DNA of 63,156 bases, filler included, from Reticulomyxa filosa (GCA_000512085.1; 18 parts of 18 records of this genome joined end to end with filler, not necessarily neighbours in it); one strand, 5' to 3'; positions 36,516 through 50,416 are shown, counted from the whole stretch's first letter. Notes: generated from the sequence alone by a model not told the origin. Translations and numbers: made by a program.

Positions 36516-37341
36516 TTACAACCAAGGAAAAATTGGAGAATGCAAAACTCGCGAATCTGGATTGACGACTTTGACACAAAGTCCAGAATCATCACTGGCG
36601 CCATTGATGATGGAACGGTGCATTTCGTGGCAGGCTCGCAATGCATGATCGACGCGAGCAAAGGAAATCCACGCGACCATTTCGTTTTTCATTTGGCTTG
36701 ACTTGCGGTAACTCGATGTGCTACCACTGCTGGCTTTATGTTCCACATAAACATCCACAATCTCTCCATAAGGCGAAAAGTAGTCGCCCAGTTCAGTTTC
36801 GGTCAAATTCCTTTTTTCATTTGTTTGTTGGTGATGTTCACCACACTTATCATATACATATACATATATATGTATATGTATATATAAAGGCCAATGAGAG
36901 AAACAAAACAAAATTAGGCCCGAAAAAGGGACCAAAAAAAAAAAAAAAAAAAAGGAAACATACAGGGGTAGTTGGAAACTTTCACTGTTGTCAATGTCTC
37001 TGCTTTACACCAAATAACACGGACTCGAATTGTTGCGTTCGCATAGATTGAGTGATCTTTTTCTGCTCATTTATTTTTTATTTTTATTTTGAAAAAGAAG
37101 TTCATTTTTGATAACATATTTGTTTTTGTAATCTCATTAAAAAAAAAAAGGGACAGTAGCTGATTGCTGCCAATCGAGCGCTTCTTGCGTTCACAAATTC
37201 AATTAAGGCTATTGATTTCAAAGACGATTCATTATGTTCGATCCCAATTCGCTTGATGGGGGTCGTCTCTCCAAACATGTCGATTGCATGTTGTTCACTA
37301 TAATTGTAAGGCAGATTCGTTACTTGTACCCAGTTGCTCAT
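36516..37341 (-). CDS. Protein with at least two RRM domains (3 exons seen, 3'-truncated)
   Basis: RRM1: VQVTNLPYNYSE...IALIEF...SARLA. RRM2: VKVSNYP/NLTETELGDYFSPYGEIVDV...VAWISF...ALRACHEMHRSII. Confidence 0.8.
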
Positions 37342-38199
37342 TTTTCAGGCTTTTGCTTAATCCTTTCCAAATCAAAAACAAACTAATTTCAATCGTGATT
37401 TACCAAAAAAAAGGAGTAAAGGAAAAGAGAGAGAAGAAAAGAACCTATTTTTCCTTGGTCTTAATCACAAATGAACGCTTCGTAAAAGTTACAGCTTCCC
37501 CTCGCTCAACTCAAGAGGCTTTCTCATACAGTAGCGTCGTTAAATTGTTTGAAAACCCAAAACACAATTCTCATTTTGTTTTAAAGCTTGTTTATGACAA
37601 TATTCTTTTGCCTTTTTTCCAATGTTTGTGCTGTTTAGTTTGGTATTACTCGATTGAATATTTTTAAAAGTAGTACTTCCACTTAAATAAACATTATTTA
37701 GTGCAAGCACCTGATTGTAAGCAAAGTTCTAATCTCGATATTTTTTGTCTTTTTTTCTTGAATTTTTCCGAAAAAAAAGGAAACTCTGATTCCAAGCATA
37801 AAGCGGTTGTAAAATGTGTGAGTCATGTGCAAGTGCTAACTTAATATTTTTGATATAAACATATTGTATTCCTTTTCAAATCTATAATGTTCAATTTTTC
37901 TATAACTATTTGTATTATTGCAAAAATTAAAAATTTCATCATAGTGCGATGCAAAAATAAATATCTAATACTGTTTGTGTTTAACATATATTAATTTTAT
38001 ATTCTGGTACTTCTGTTAAAATAATACTAGTACATTTACTTATCAAATTATACATATGATCTCCATTTATTTTTAATGTTACATCATAAGCTTGATGAAA
38101 ATGTATATATAAGATTTTAAGCATTTTATCTTTCTTAAAGTAATGTTCAATTAACATTGATATTTTCAATAAATGATATTATGAAAAAGATAAAAGCAC

Positions 38200-41100
38200 A
38201 TGCTAACATCAAGATATAAACTTTCTTTTTTCCAAAAGGCTAAAGTTATTGATGTATGGTGTTTTGTTTCCACTGTTCAATTTTCGTACTTTTTATACTT
38301 GAACAATTTTTTGAAAACACTGTTCACTTCAATTCATAATGTCACTGGCACAATTCGTTGGATAACAGTATATAGTCCAACAAATTTTAATAAAAGCTTT
38401 CCCAACTCTTTGGTCACTGACGAACAATAACACTGAACCGCCTGCCGAAAAATTGGCTTTGTGTTTATTCTTATTTTCGAATATTTTGCGCTTGTGATCA
38501 TATATTTTCTGCATATGTAACGCTTTTTCTCGTATAATCGCTTGCTGTTTTTGAAGAGTAAATTTGTACTTATACAGCGTTGCATGATTATTAGCAAATT
38601 TTTCTTTATGTAAATTCAATTTGACATCGGCTGTTAAATTAAACTTTTGTTCATAAACTAATTCGTGGTGACTCAACATTTTATTCGGAGTAATGTTATA
38701 CGACTTGACAATTGCTGGCAAAAATACGGACCAATCGCTGCACTATGTGAAATCTAAATCGCGATTGACACAAATAGTTACTAAACGTTCTTTCATGTAA
38801 CGATGAAATCTTTCAATCATCCGATTTGTTTGAGGATGATATGATAATGTGGCACGATTGTTATATTTTCATCATCTTTGACATAGTATGTGCTATTTTG
38901 CATGTAAATTGTGTCCCATTATCTGATAGAATTGTATAATAGCTCCATGTCTATATACTCACTCGTTTGCAAATGCAAGTGTTTTTCGATAGTTGTATTC
39001 GTTTTAAGTGCAATAGCGGATACATAGCGCGTAAAACATCAATTATAGTGAGTATATATTGTGTCCATTTTTGGTTTGTGGCAATGAACATACAATGTCA
39101 ATGCATACAATTTGAAATGGCCTCTCGCGGGGAAGTGCTGGACTTTCAACGTTAATATTGGGCACAATCTTTGATGCTTGGCAAGTAAAACAACAGGAAC
39201 AAAACTTCTTTAAATCTTCATTTAGTCCAGGCCAATACAACTCTCATTAATGATTGCAGTCATCATTTGCTCTCCTTGGTGCTGTGCTAATGCATGTCAA
39301 TGAAAATATAGCATTATAGAGTTTCGGATTGATTTTGGGACAATATATTTGTTAATATACCCATTTTATTTAAACCAATTTTATTTTGCTTGATTGCTTT
39401 TTTCCAATGGGCAGGTAAGTTAGTACTAGTGTATTAATTGTTAAAATGATTTTTTATAGATGCGATCAGTTTATCGTTATTCTGGGAGTCGATGAACTTA
39501 TTTTTTTCGAACAAATCGTCATAGTCTTGAATCTCACTACTCACAATTAAAGCTTTTTTGATTTGAGAGGTTTCATCAACGTTGTTATTCTTATTATGAT
39601 ATACCATATTTGATCGAGTGACTACTAACAATTTATTAGTTGTCAATGATGTTGGGTGTCTAGATAAAAAGTCCGCAATTGTATTTTAGCGTCCAGGAAA
39701 ATATCTAGCTTCAAATGAAAACTCAATTAATAGTATTGCCCATCGTGATAACCTGATGTTTGCGTGCTTTCCTGATAGTTCGAATAGAGATGCTAAATTT
39801 TTGTGATCAGTGTAAGCGATGAATTTACGAAAAAGTAAGTAGTGTCTCCATTTTTGTATTGTGTATACTAGTGCGTATAATTCTTTTTATGATTTATTCT
39901 AATTTAATTGGTGAGAATTAAATTGTTTTGAAATGAACTCTATATGTACCAATATACGTCGTGGTTTTGCAGCAATGCCGATCAGATTGCATCATTTGAA
40001 GCATCTCATTGTACAACAAAACATTCGTTTTGACTTGGATGTCGTAATAATTGTGTATTTGATATTGAATCTTTTAATTGTCTGAATGTATAGTCATGTG
40101 TATACGTACAATTCCATTTTGTCGGCTTCATTCGCAGTTTATTTAACTCGTTTGTCAAGGCAGCTATATTTAGAATAAATCGAGCTATCTATTGAACCAA
40201 TACCAACAAACGTTCTAATTGTTTTTGGTCTTTGTCTTCGGTGTGCTAAACACTTTGTTAATATATTATTGTTTTGCAGAACTTTTTTGATAATATCACT
40301 TGACCCAAAAAGATTAACTCGTTTTGGAAGAATTTGCATTTATCAGTAGCAATCTGTATATTGTACTTCTTGAATATATTAAATACATTGGATAATATAT
40401 CCAAATGCTTCTAATCAGTTTCGTTGCCACCAAAATGTCGTCGATATAAACATCAAATCATCGATTTATTCAAATATATATGACATTATACGCTGAAACG
40501 TTGTGGGTGCGTTGTGAATCCAAAACACATTATATTCTACGTATAATCCATTTGGCGACTAAATGAGTTTTTTCGAAGTTAGATTCACGATCGGTGTACT
40601 TACATGTACCAATACGAGAAGAAGACAAGCCCAAGACGGCATTTGTCACAAATGTTTCTTCAATAAATCGTCTATGTTGTGCAGTGGCCACTCATCGCGG
40701 ATAGTTGATTTGTTCAATTTCCGGTAATCGACACACATTAGCAATGAACCTACATTCTTCTTACCAATAGTACAGGCGCTGCAAATTGAGATGAACTTTT
40801 GCGAATGTCCACTTCTGTTCCAATTCAGCAACTTGTCGCTTAACCTCTTCCTGGTATACTTTGTTTAATAGATATGGTTTTTGCTTGTTAGATGTTTTAG
40901 TTCTAACTTCATATACACTCCTGGTATTTGACCAATGTCAAATACATTTTTGGACTGACGTTTTGGTTATCAATGATTAATTTATCCATACTCCTTTTAA
41001 CTTTTGGGTTGGATATATAGCTGATATTTGGTTTTGTTTTATTGTACTGATAGTCTGGAAGTTGAAGATTTACATTGTTGCCATTAATTTACCGTCCATA

Positions 41101-43265
41101 TTAATGCAGACGTTATAATTATTTTCATTTTGAAACTTAGTGGTAGCACTAATTATTTGGCTGTTATTCTTTTCGTCATTACCGTTAGTATCGCTGTCCT
41201 GCTCGTGTTCAGAAGATTACTCCAAGTATTGATTTTCCAATACTGCGTCCGATTGGAAATGTTCAAAATGTTCGTTTTCCAGCCGTAAAGCATACCCTAA
41301 TCGTCGCAGTACACTGCGTGATATGATGAAGTTATGTGGAAGGTTTTGTACAACATAAAAATGTTCTTTAAATACTTTGGTGTGTTTGTTGTTTGCGTTG
41401 TTGATAGTGAGTTCAAGATTTTGTTGTAAAATGATCGAACTACCTGAATGTGCTATTACGAATGCTATGGCATAATTTGTTAATAAATGTTGAAATTTAT
41501 TTGCGATACTATCATTGATTGCACATACCGATGCTCCGGTATCCACAATTGCTTGAATCATCCTGATTTCGTTAGTATGCAACTTGATTTCGATCGTGTC
41601 ATGCTTCTAAATTACCTTGTCAATTCCAAGCATTGGTAAGATTTGCTCGTTCTTCTGTTCAATTGATTGTTTCTCCATCACTTGTAATTCGTTTGCGTTA
41701 TTTGGGCAATCGCGCTGTTTGTGGCCATGTTTATCAAATCCCCAACATTCATCGTTACATTATTTTTTATTATTAGTTTGGTGATTTTTCGAACGTATGT
41801 TCTCTTCATTGTGTAATCGCTGGTGTCGTTCAAATTGATGTTTTGATGTCGTATATAAGATCTGTTATTATGTTTTCAGTTTGCATTTGTTTTAACTTTA
41901 ATAAGACTTTGTTTGGTATTCATATCATTGCGATCACTGTATTCGTTTGTGTTTTTCTACTATCCTTTAGCTTGTTGTTAGCTAGAATACTTCATGTATC
42001 TAGATTTAATATCTTCTTCAAAACGATATTGTATGTTTCATAGTGTTTCTTATGTTTCATCTAATGTTGTCTGATTTTGATCATATACTAGCTGCATCAA
42101 AATCCCGTTCAATGAATCCAGCAACTCTTCAATCAATCTTCATCAGATGGTTTCAACCATTTCTTACGGAAACATTGCATTAAATTGATAATCTAGCCCA
42201 AATTTCAATGACAGTCTTGTTTGTCTCCATCGCAACAAGATATCCTCAGTACATTCTCCAAATTTGACAGTGGAATGCAACAAATCTGCTATCCTTTCTA
42301 CAACAAAATTTTTTCCGCCAAATAATTTACACATCCACGACATCATTTCGTCAAAATTGTTCAAGTTTTGTGCGATCATCATATCATGCATCTACAGACA
42401 AACACTGCGACATGATTTATCTTAAACAAAAGTAATTTGGCATATTGTAAGTTGCTTTCCAATACAAGAATTGTCTTCTCCAACTCGGAAAATTATCTCC
42501 ATTTCAATCAAAAACGTACTGAAAGCAGTTTTGTCGTTCAAATACAAGTCTTATCACATTTTGACACGAATTGTCCAAGTCACCATAGCTATCGACAATA
42601 CTTGTTCGTCCAACGTATGGCCTTTCGCTCAATATTGGCACGGCGTATGGTTCACTTTGTTTAATATTGAGATTTATTAGCTCTTTGACTTGCTTTTGTA
42701 GAATTGACAATTGCTCTTTCAATGACAATTTGTCACGATCGACTTCCAACGCTTTTGATTCTTGTTGTATGTGTTTTTTGTACACGACATTTCCCTTCGC
42801 TTGTATTGATGCAATGTCTTGTTCTTTGTTATCAGCCACGTTTTTTGATTCTTTCGAGTTTGTTGATAATCTCGATTTTGATAATGATGAGTCTTTCACT
42901 CGTTCTCCTATATCAGCCAATTTTTGCATTACAGATTCTTGATCTTGTGTATTGCTTAACTCTTCCATCATTAATGTACTTTCTCGTTCTTGCATTACTG
43001 ACATTACCGGGTTCGGTTGCAGTAAAAGTAGGTGCCAAACGTAGGAATACGAAAGGAACTTAGTCCCAAAAAGCAACTTCAGTAAAAAGGAAATTAAATT
43101 AACAAAAATAATTTCAACACAATAAAGGAAAACAAGTAAATAAAACACAAAAGTGAGTTGCGCTGTGAAGAGGATTTTAACCCACCGGGTCCCACCGTTC
43201 CATTAGTATTTGAGATTGTATAACAGTGACTTGCCCTACATATTCTAGCATTAAAACCGAAAACG
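38200..43265 (-). mobile_element. Decayed Ty3/Gypsy LTR retrotransposon (5' LTR, gag, PR, RT, RH, IN; no 3' LTR found)
   Basis: gag from ATG 43004; zinc knuckle CWGFDKHGHKQRDCP (~41700-41750); protease IVDTGAS; RT CVDYRKLN, NAPTTFQR, VYIDDI (~40440); RNase H ELYALV, YTDHKNL, ADFLSR; integrase YWPGL..CFTCQ, LSDNGTQF, YHPQTN. The order PR-RT-RH-IN is Gypsy. Many stops and frameshifts. Confidence 0.93.
43025..43265 (-). repeat. Putative 5' LTR (about 43265-43040) followed by a primer-binding site TGGCACCTACTTT (43037-43025)
   Basis: Lies directly upstream of gag and is homologous to 20914-21036. Ends CTACG-TT-TGG, read as a decayed CA end, a 2-nt spacer and a TGG start. Confidence 0.55.
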
Positions 43266-43789
43266 TATTTCCAAAGTTTTGGAAAAAGAAATCTAAATTA
43301 TTATGTTGATATTTTTTAAAAATACAACTGTTAAATTTTGTATATAGTTTGAAATCTCCTATTTTATTGTCAATGGCAATTAGAATACTACTTTTTTGAA
43401 AAATATGATTACAAAACTTTTAAAAGCACAATTTGAAAGTTTAGTGAACACAGTTAAAAAAAGAGATCAACAAAACAAAGCCAAAGACCTAGCCAAATAT
43501 ATATTTTTGCTTTATATTTTATCAATAAGCCATCGTTACTTTGCGTAAAAAGGTGAAACACTCGAAAGGCGTTTGATATTTTACACCCCTTTTTTTTTGT
43601 CTAATTATTATCATCTTTCGTTTTTTTTGCAAAAAAAAAAAAAAAACAAGCCATGTTGACGGAATCCAAAAAAGCTTCTGTCGTTTTGTGTTTATTTTTG
43701 TGTTCTTTCCTAAACCGCACTGAGAAACAAGATTGAAGTAGAGAGCCGAAAACATTACAAATTTGTGTGTGAATGAACAGAGTGAAGAA

Positions 43790-43990
43790 ATGTCACTGGT
43801 GACCATATTTTGGGACTATGAAAGTTGCCCTTGTCCAATGAATACCCCAGTCCCTCATTGGGTGAAAAGGATCAAGGACATTATCGACGATTGTTTGAAG
43901 TGTTCCGTTCAAAAAGTTTTGCAACTGAGTTTTTTTTTTTTATTGACACATATCCCCCTTAATTTTTCCCAAAAAAAAAAAAAAAAAAAA
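43790..43990 (+). CDS. NYN-domain (limkain-b1/MARF1-type PIN-like RNase) protein, 5' fragment
   Basis: MSLVTIFWDYESCPCP matches the NYN N-terminal motif (V/I)FWD.ENCP.P, followed by a helix WVKRIKDII. Confidence 0.65.
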
Positions 43991-44629
43991 NNNNNNNNNN
44001 NNNNNNNNNNNNNNNNNNNNNNNNNNNNNNNNNNTTAATTAATTAANNNNNNNNNNNNNNNNNNNNNNNNNNNNNNNNNNNNNNNNNNNNTCAATTCGAG
44101 TAAAACCTTTTCGTATTACATTTAGTGTAGCTCTACAGTAGACACTCCACAATACGTTGTTCAAATTATTGAAGAAAATTATCAGTATGCAGTAAATTAA
44201 TGTCAAGAACTTAGTCCATTCAGAATAACATTCAAAGTTAAAGACTTCTCAAGAAGAAAATATGACGTACATAATAAATCAATGTCATAAGTCAGCAGTT
44301 GGAGGAAGTTGTTCACTTAGTAACACATTGACAATATATAAGCTTTTTAACACTTTCGTACAAATCACAAATTTTTGGAAGTCGGTGGATAGTATTGCTT
44401 TGACATCGATTTCTATAACAACTCTCGTCGTACAAGTACTCTGGAAACAAAGCGAGTGCTATTATATACGCCATTAAAGCTGTATTGAAAAGGGTTTGTA
44501 CGTTTAGTCATCAGTTTTCTTTTGACTGCAACCCAAGTCAAGACGTTAGAACAAACTTTTCTCTGAAATTCCGGTGAAAAAATATTGATTTGCAACAAAG
44601 TTAGACCGCGATCAATGTTTTTCCAAATG

Positions 44630-45530
44630 AAATTCATTTTGCAAAGTTTGTACATTGTGAAGGTATGATTGTTTTTGACTGTTTGCTTTATCTTTACTTA
44701 TTATTGGTTTTTTTGCTTTTTTTTGTCTAATGCAAATTAAGTCAAGTTAATTCAAAAGTATTATAAATTAAATTTTTTTTGTAGTAAGATTGTTTTTAAT
44801 GAAAATTACCATTTAGTTACATTACTTTTTGCATTGTATAATGTTTGTATTTTCTTTGGAATTAATTTTGTTAAGTTTTTGCGTGTTTCTTTGTCATTTT
44901 TTTCCATTTTAATTTAAATTATTTCCGGAATTCTTCTTTTGATCCGAAAGGTCCATTTTTAAATACTTTCGTTTTCAATATCACTACAGATTTTCGATTT
45001 GGTTCAGTTATGGAGAATTTGAGTGAAATTCAATACTTTGATAGAATTTTGTTCAAACTATTTTTTTGATGTAATTTCTGTGTGGCTAGTGGCATTATCT
45101 TGCTAAAATATCCAATTTTCATTATCTTCTAAACCCCAATTAATGCTTTTGATCATTTCATCAACAAGAATTTTTTTGTAAATATATGCATTGACAAAAT
45201 CAATTGATGTTACATGCATAAACAGGTCTAAAGCAAGATCACAATATTATTCTTACAATATCAATTATATATTTTTATGGTGAACGTCAGCTTCGGTTTA
45301 CGCACACATTCGTGACTTACACAAAATTGTTTTGCAACTTTGAGCAAACTCCAGTACTGACGCAACAGCTCAACAGCACCTCTTTTGTTAAAATTCTCAA
45401 TCCTTTAGTAATTTCAAAAAAATAATTAAAAAACTCAAATATTGAACAACATTTAGCTAAAAAAAAAAAGAAAAATAAAGTACAAAATATTTAAATAATC
45501 ATTAAAGACGTAATAAAAAACTAAATTCAA
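44630..45530 (-). mobile_element. Decayed Tc1-like transposon, second copy of the 22600-23600 element
   Basis: Colinear nucleotide match to 22600-23490, with YF*QDNATSHT and NSP*LNQIENL remnants. Confidence 0.75.
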
Positions 45531-45537
45531 AATAATG

Positions 45538-46300
45538 CAGTAGGATAAAAAGAAAGTTGACACCTAAAATGCCATAATTGTGTTTCTCCACGAAAAAACA
45601 ACATTTAATCAAAATTTTTTAAAAATATCTACAATCGTGTGGTTTTTAAATATTATTTTGGTTTTTATTAAGTCTTTATAATTTTTCAAAATTTTAATCT
45701 TTCATTTACTTTAAAAAAAATTTTTGTGGTGCCTGAGTATGATAAAATTTGTTTTTTAAAATTAAATTCAAGTTTACCAACGTGTTAAATCTTTTTTGGC
45801 TTTTTAACTGACTGTATTTTCTTTGGAATCGACTTTATTAAGGTTTTACAAATATTTATTTCTATTTTTTCACATTCTGCTTCGAATTGGTTCCAAATTT
45901 CGTAAGTGATATTAAATGGTCCTTTCTTGTGAATCATTGTATTTACTATCCACCAAAGATTTTCAATTGGATTTAAATCAGGTGAATTTGCAGGAAATTC
46001 ATTGTTTTCATTTTTTTTTGTTTTAACCATTTTATAATTTTTTCCTTTTATGGCATGTTGGATTATCTTGCTGAAAATCTAATTCTCTGATTTTCTAATC
46101 AGTAATTGACGCTCTTTATATTTGTCAGATAAAACTTCGTTATATATATTAGTATTTACTCCATATAAGCGTAATATACTATAATGCTTCAAAACATGAC
46201 CAGACTAAAATGCTTCCACCACCAAATTTTGTTATTCTTGTTATGGAATTTTCATCTAATGGTTGTTAATCAATATTTCATCAACAAAATAATCAAAATG
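45538..46300 (-). mobile_element. Tc1 (DD34E-type) transposon remnant with terminal repeat
   Basis: TKFGGGSILVWSCF, FQQDNPTCH and FPANSPDLNPIENLW. Terminus CAGTAGGATAAAAAGAAAGTTGACAC at 45538. Confidence 0.88.
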
Positions 46301-47149
46301 ACAAAAATCAATATCAAACACCCAAAAAAAAAAAGGAAAATATCAAAAATTGTTTAAAAAAAGATTGGCAAATTTCATGACTACGNNNNNNNNNNNNNNN
46401 NNNNNNNNNNNNNNNNNNNNNNNNNNNNNTTAATTAATTAANNNNNNNNNNNNNNNNNNNNNNNNNNNNNNNNNNNNNNNNNNNNTTTTTTAGATTGGAT
46501 TTGGTGTTTTGTTGAAGTTTATAAATGACGTGCATGAGTTTAATAAAAGTAGTTGAGTTTTTTTGTTGCCTGTGCACTTTTGTCCGTTTTGAAAAATATG
46601 AAGAAATAATAAACTATGGACTTATGTATATTTTTTTAATTTGGACGACTATTTTTTGCTTTTTTTAGAAGATGTTTAATTTTAAATTGAGGAAATTTTT
46701 AAAAGTTAGCATATGTACACTTTTAAAAAATGGTAATTGCCGTATTGTGGTTAAAAAACAGGCTGACGAATGTGAAGAATTTTTGACTATTTATTTATTT
46801 ATTATCCGTGTTGATACTTTTTCGAAATTTTGAACTATTTTGTTTGTGAGATTGAAGGTTAGTGTAGTATAAATATGTACACAAGATTTAAAGTGATGGT
46901 TATATTTGTTTCTATTCTTTGTTATGCTATTATATCTTGAGTAAGTTCAGTCAATAGAGTTTAAGAAATATAAATAAAGTGCTGTCCCAAATTCACAACA
47001 ACAATTGCAAAAGCTTTTCTATGTCACTCATATGTAACCTTTGCTAACAAAAATTGCTTCACTTTTAAAATTGTCAAGAGTTTACAATAAAGATTGGAAT
47101 TTCTTCTTTGTCAACAACTTTTTTTGAGCTATGGTGTGCTGGCTGGTAT

Positions 47150-47526
47150 AATTAATATACAATTTGTTCTCTGGATCAAATGATAATGCTAATCGTATAT
47201 ATGATATTGAAACATCAAAAAAATTGATTAAATTTGAAGGCCATATAAATGCTTTTAATTGTGTGGGACATGTATCCAATGAAATTAGAATTAGTGGTTG
47301 TGTAAATACAATATTATCTGGATCATGTGATAAAAGTGCTCGTTTATGGAATATTACATCTTGTCAACAAATTCAAATGTTCAATAAATATATAGATTGG
47401 ATTATGTTTGTTGAATATCTACTATTTGTAGTAGCAGTAATGAATTTGATGGTAATCCAAATGTTATATGTTCTGAATTATATTTTCAAGTCAAAGGTAA
47501 CACTAGTGTTTGGAATTAATATATGA
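47150..47526 (+). pseudogene. Degenerate WD40 gene of the same family as 15684 and 24616
   Basis: FSGSNDNANRIYDIETSK, FEGH and NTILSGSCDKSARLWNI..QQIQMFN, with broken conserved residues and frameshifted flanks. Confidence 0.75.
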
Positions 47527-48256
47527 ATTTTTTTATAGATTTGTTAGTTTTCATTCATTTTAAAATGTGGTATTTATTTTATGACTTTTACACTCGAATG
47601 AAAAAGAGTTTTGTTAACCGTAATGGCAAAAACTTATTTTATTGTTAAAAAAACGGCAAAGATCAGATTATAATTGATGTATTAAAAAAACTCAAATTTT
47701 CATCGCGCACGATAATCATTCATAAAAGAAGATGCAAATTCGTATTTCACTTATTTAAAAGCCATTCTAAAAAATTTAAAGAAACAAAATGAAAGTTTTG
47801 TTTATGTGGTGCGCAATTGAGACGAAGTACCAAAAAGCAGTGAAACATTAAAAATTTGTGATTTTTTTTCAAACATCAAAGATTTTAAAGATTNNNNNNN
47901 NNNNNNNNNNNNNNNNNNNNNNNNNNNNNNNNNNNNNTTAATTAATTAANNNNNNNNNNNNNNNNNNNNNNNNNNNNNNNNNNNNNNNNNNNNTTTTTCA
48001 AACGAGCTACTGAACTGGGAGAAAATCTTTATTTAGATGGTTTTTTTGCTTCTAAGAAGTAATTTTAAAATGACTTTTTGCCGTGCTTGTTTTTTTATTA
48101 TCGTTTTGACAAATTCGTTTTATATTCTAGACACTAAGAAAAGGAGACTTCTCGAAAATTTTTAATTGATTTTATTTAGCATATTTTTGCAACCACAAGA
48201 CATTGTTGAAAAAGTTGGCTAAGCTCAGAGAAAATCAGTTTTTCTAAAAGAAATAA

Positions 48257-49392
48257 ATGGACAACCAACAAAAACAAGCTTCAAACACTCCTACGTTTGA
48301 AACATTGGCGTCTTTGCCAATTGCATTTTCGCAAAGTCAATGTATTGTACATAAAGATGAAATTATCATTTGTGGAGGCACAAATAAAAATGAATGTTAT
48401 TCCTATCATACAAGCAAAGACCAATACAAGTACATTTGTTCTTATCCAAAGGAAGTGTCCTTATGTGGACACTGTGTTGTGAAGCGTGTGAATAAAAAAA
48501 TGCCACATATTATTAACTTGCTGTCATTTGGTGGATATACAATTGAAAACCGACACACATTAGTGATGCAATATAGGAGTGTTTGGGACGATGAAGAAGC
48601 AGATAAAGATATGAAGCAGTTCAATCAATGGTTGCCTTTGGTGAATGCGTATAATCAGTCAATTATTCTTGGAACGATGCGAAGTAACTATGATGGAGCG
48701 CGTGCCGTGATTGGTGGAAGCAAGAATCATTTGTTATTTATAACCCATAAGCCAAATGATATTGTTGTGATTGACTTGAATACATTCCGATTGATACAGC
48801 AAAGCAAATTGCTGCTCAATGAGAGCTGGTTATATCATCATTGTTTTGTGGCAAAGGATGGATTATCAAACAAGCAAATTAATAAAAAGAAGTTTGAAAT
48901 GCTGCTATTTTGCCACAAGACGGGATTGTCAATTGAATATGATGAAAACAATAACACACTTCAATTTCTTGTATTATGGGTATGCACAACAATTAGACCA
49001 TTGAAATCTTATGCCTATGTGGCTGTTGATAACATTGTATTTTTTTTGGTGGATATGATGACACCACTACTGCACCTTCCGATTTCGTGCATACATATTC
49101 AATTGAAAAAGATGAATGGATGAAATTTGAACAAACCTTGCCTATGCCGTTGATGGACGGTGTTGCAATATTGAGTGAAGACAATACACATGTCTATGTT
49201 ATCGGTGGAAAAGGCGACAACACATCCGAAATGACAATGCACATGAAAACAAATGTAAAGCAATGGAGAAAAAAAGAAGAGACGGAAATGGAAAAATTAT
49301 GGCTTGTGCAAGAAGGAGAGAAAAGACAAATCGAAGAAACAAAAATGGAATTGAATAGAATAAAGCAAGACTTTGATTTTAAGAATTTAAAA
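48257..49392 (+). CDS. Kelch-like beta-propeller protein, first exon (frameshift in the T8 run at 49040-49047)
   Basis: GG motifs IICGG, LSFGG, VIGG, FFGGY and VIGG with W-containing repeat ends (DEW). Adding one T joins the two ORFs (IVFFFGGYDD). Donor GTTAAG at 49393. Confidence 0.75.
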
Positions 49393-49400
49393 GTTAAGAT

Positions 49401-49443
<43 letters not shown>

Positions 49444-50416
49444 NNNNNNNNNNNNNNNNNNNNNNNNNNNNNNNNNNNNNNNNNNNNTTAATTAATTAAN
49501 NNNNNNNNNNNNNNNNNNNNNNNNNNNNNNNNNNNNNNNNNNNACTATAAAAGGTCCCTTCTTCCTTTTTTTATAATTCAAGGAAATTTAATCACTTATG
49601 TGCACCCCTTTTTTTTTTTATGAAGTTATGCTAATTAGTGGCTATTTTTTATGTTTTTTGTGCCTCTCCCTTTTTTTGCTTTTTTTTTGAGTTGTCCAAA
49701 GCTCCTCGCTGTGAATTACAGCCCAATTGTATATTGATTGAGCATAATCTTTTTACATAAATTATACAATTTTCCCTCTCTTCTTTTTTTCGGTGCACAT
49801 ATTCGACCGCAACTCGCCCAAAGTGTTACACTCTATTCACTGAATTTTTGAAACTTGCTGTCCCATTCTTTTTTGTTTTTTAAAATTATTTTAAAAAATA
49901 AACAAAAAAAAAAAGAAAGAATGCATTAGGAATGTTTAAAATTAAAAAAAATAACTTTGATTATCGAAAGAATTTTTTTTTTTGAAAAATTTAAATGGTC
50001 CCTTTTTTTTTGGTTCGTGCAAAAGGACGCAAACAAAAGTATCCAAAGCAAGATATAAGAAAAGTGGGAAGGACTTTGTCTAAGCTTACGGACATTAACA
50101 TTTTTGACGTGTGACGGCACTCAAAGAGGGAAGGGAGTTCAATTCTGTTTTGAGTGAGAACACAAGCGCAACCCACAAAAAAGCAAGGATTGACGTAACA
50201 ATGATAGGAGAAGACGACTTGTTTGATATAAAAGTCACACATGACAGTTAAGAATGAAAGATTGATTTCAAGGCGAACAAAACAAATAATAAATGGAGGA
50301 AAAAAAAAAAAAAAAGGAGATTGAAAACTGTTATATTACAAAAACGTTTTTTTTTTTCCTCCTTCTCATTTAAACATTTAGCTGAGAAATGGAGTGAGTT
50401 AGACCAGTGCAAGAAT

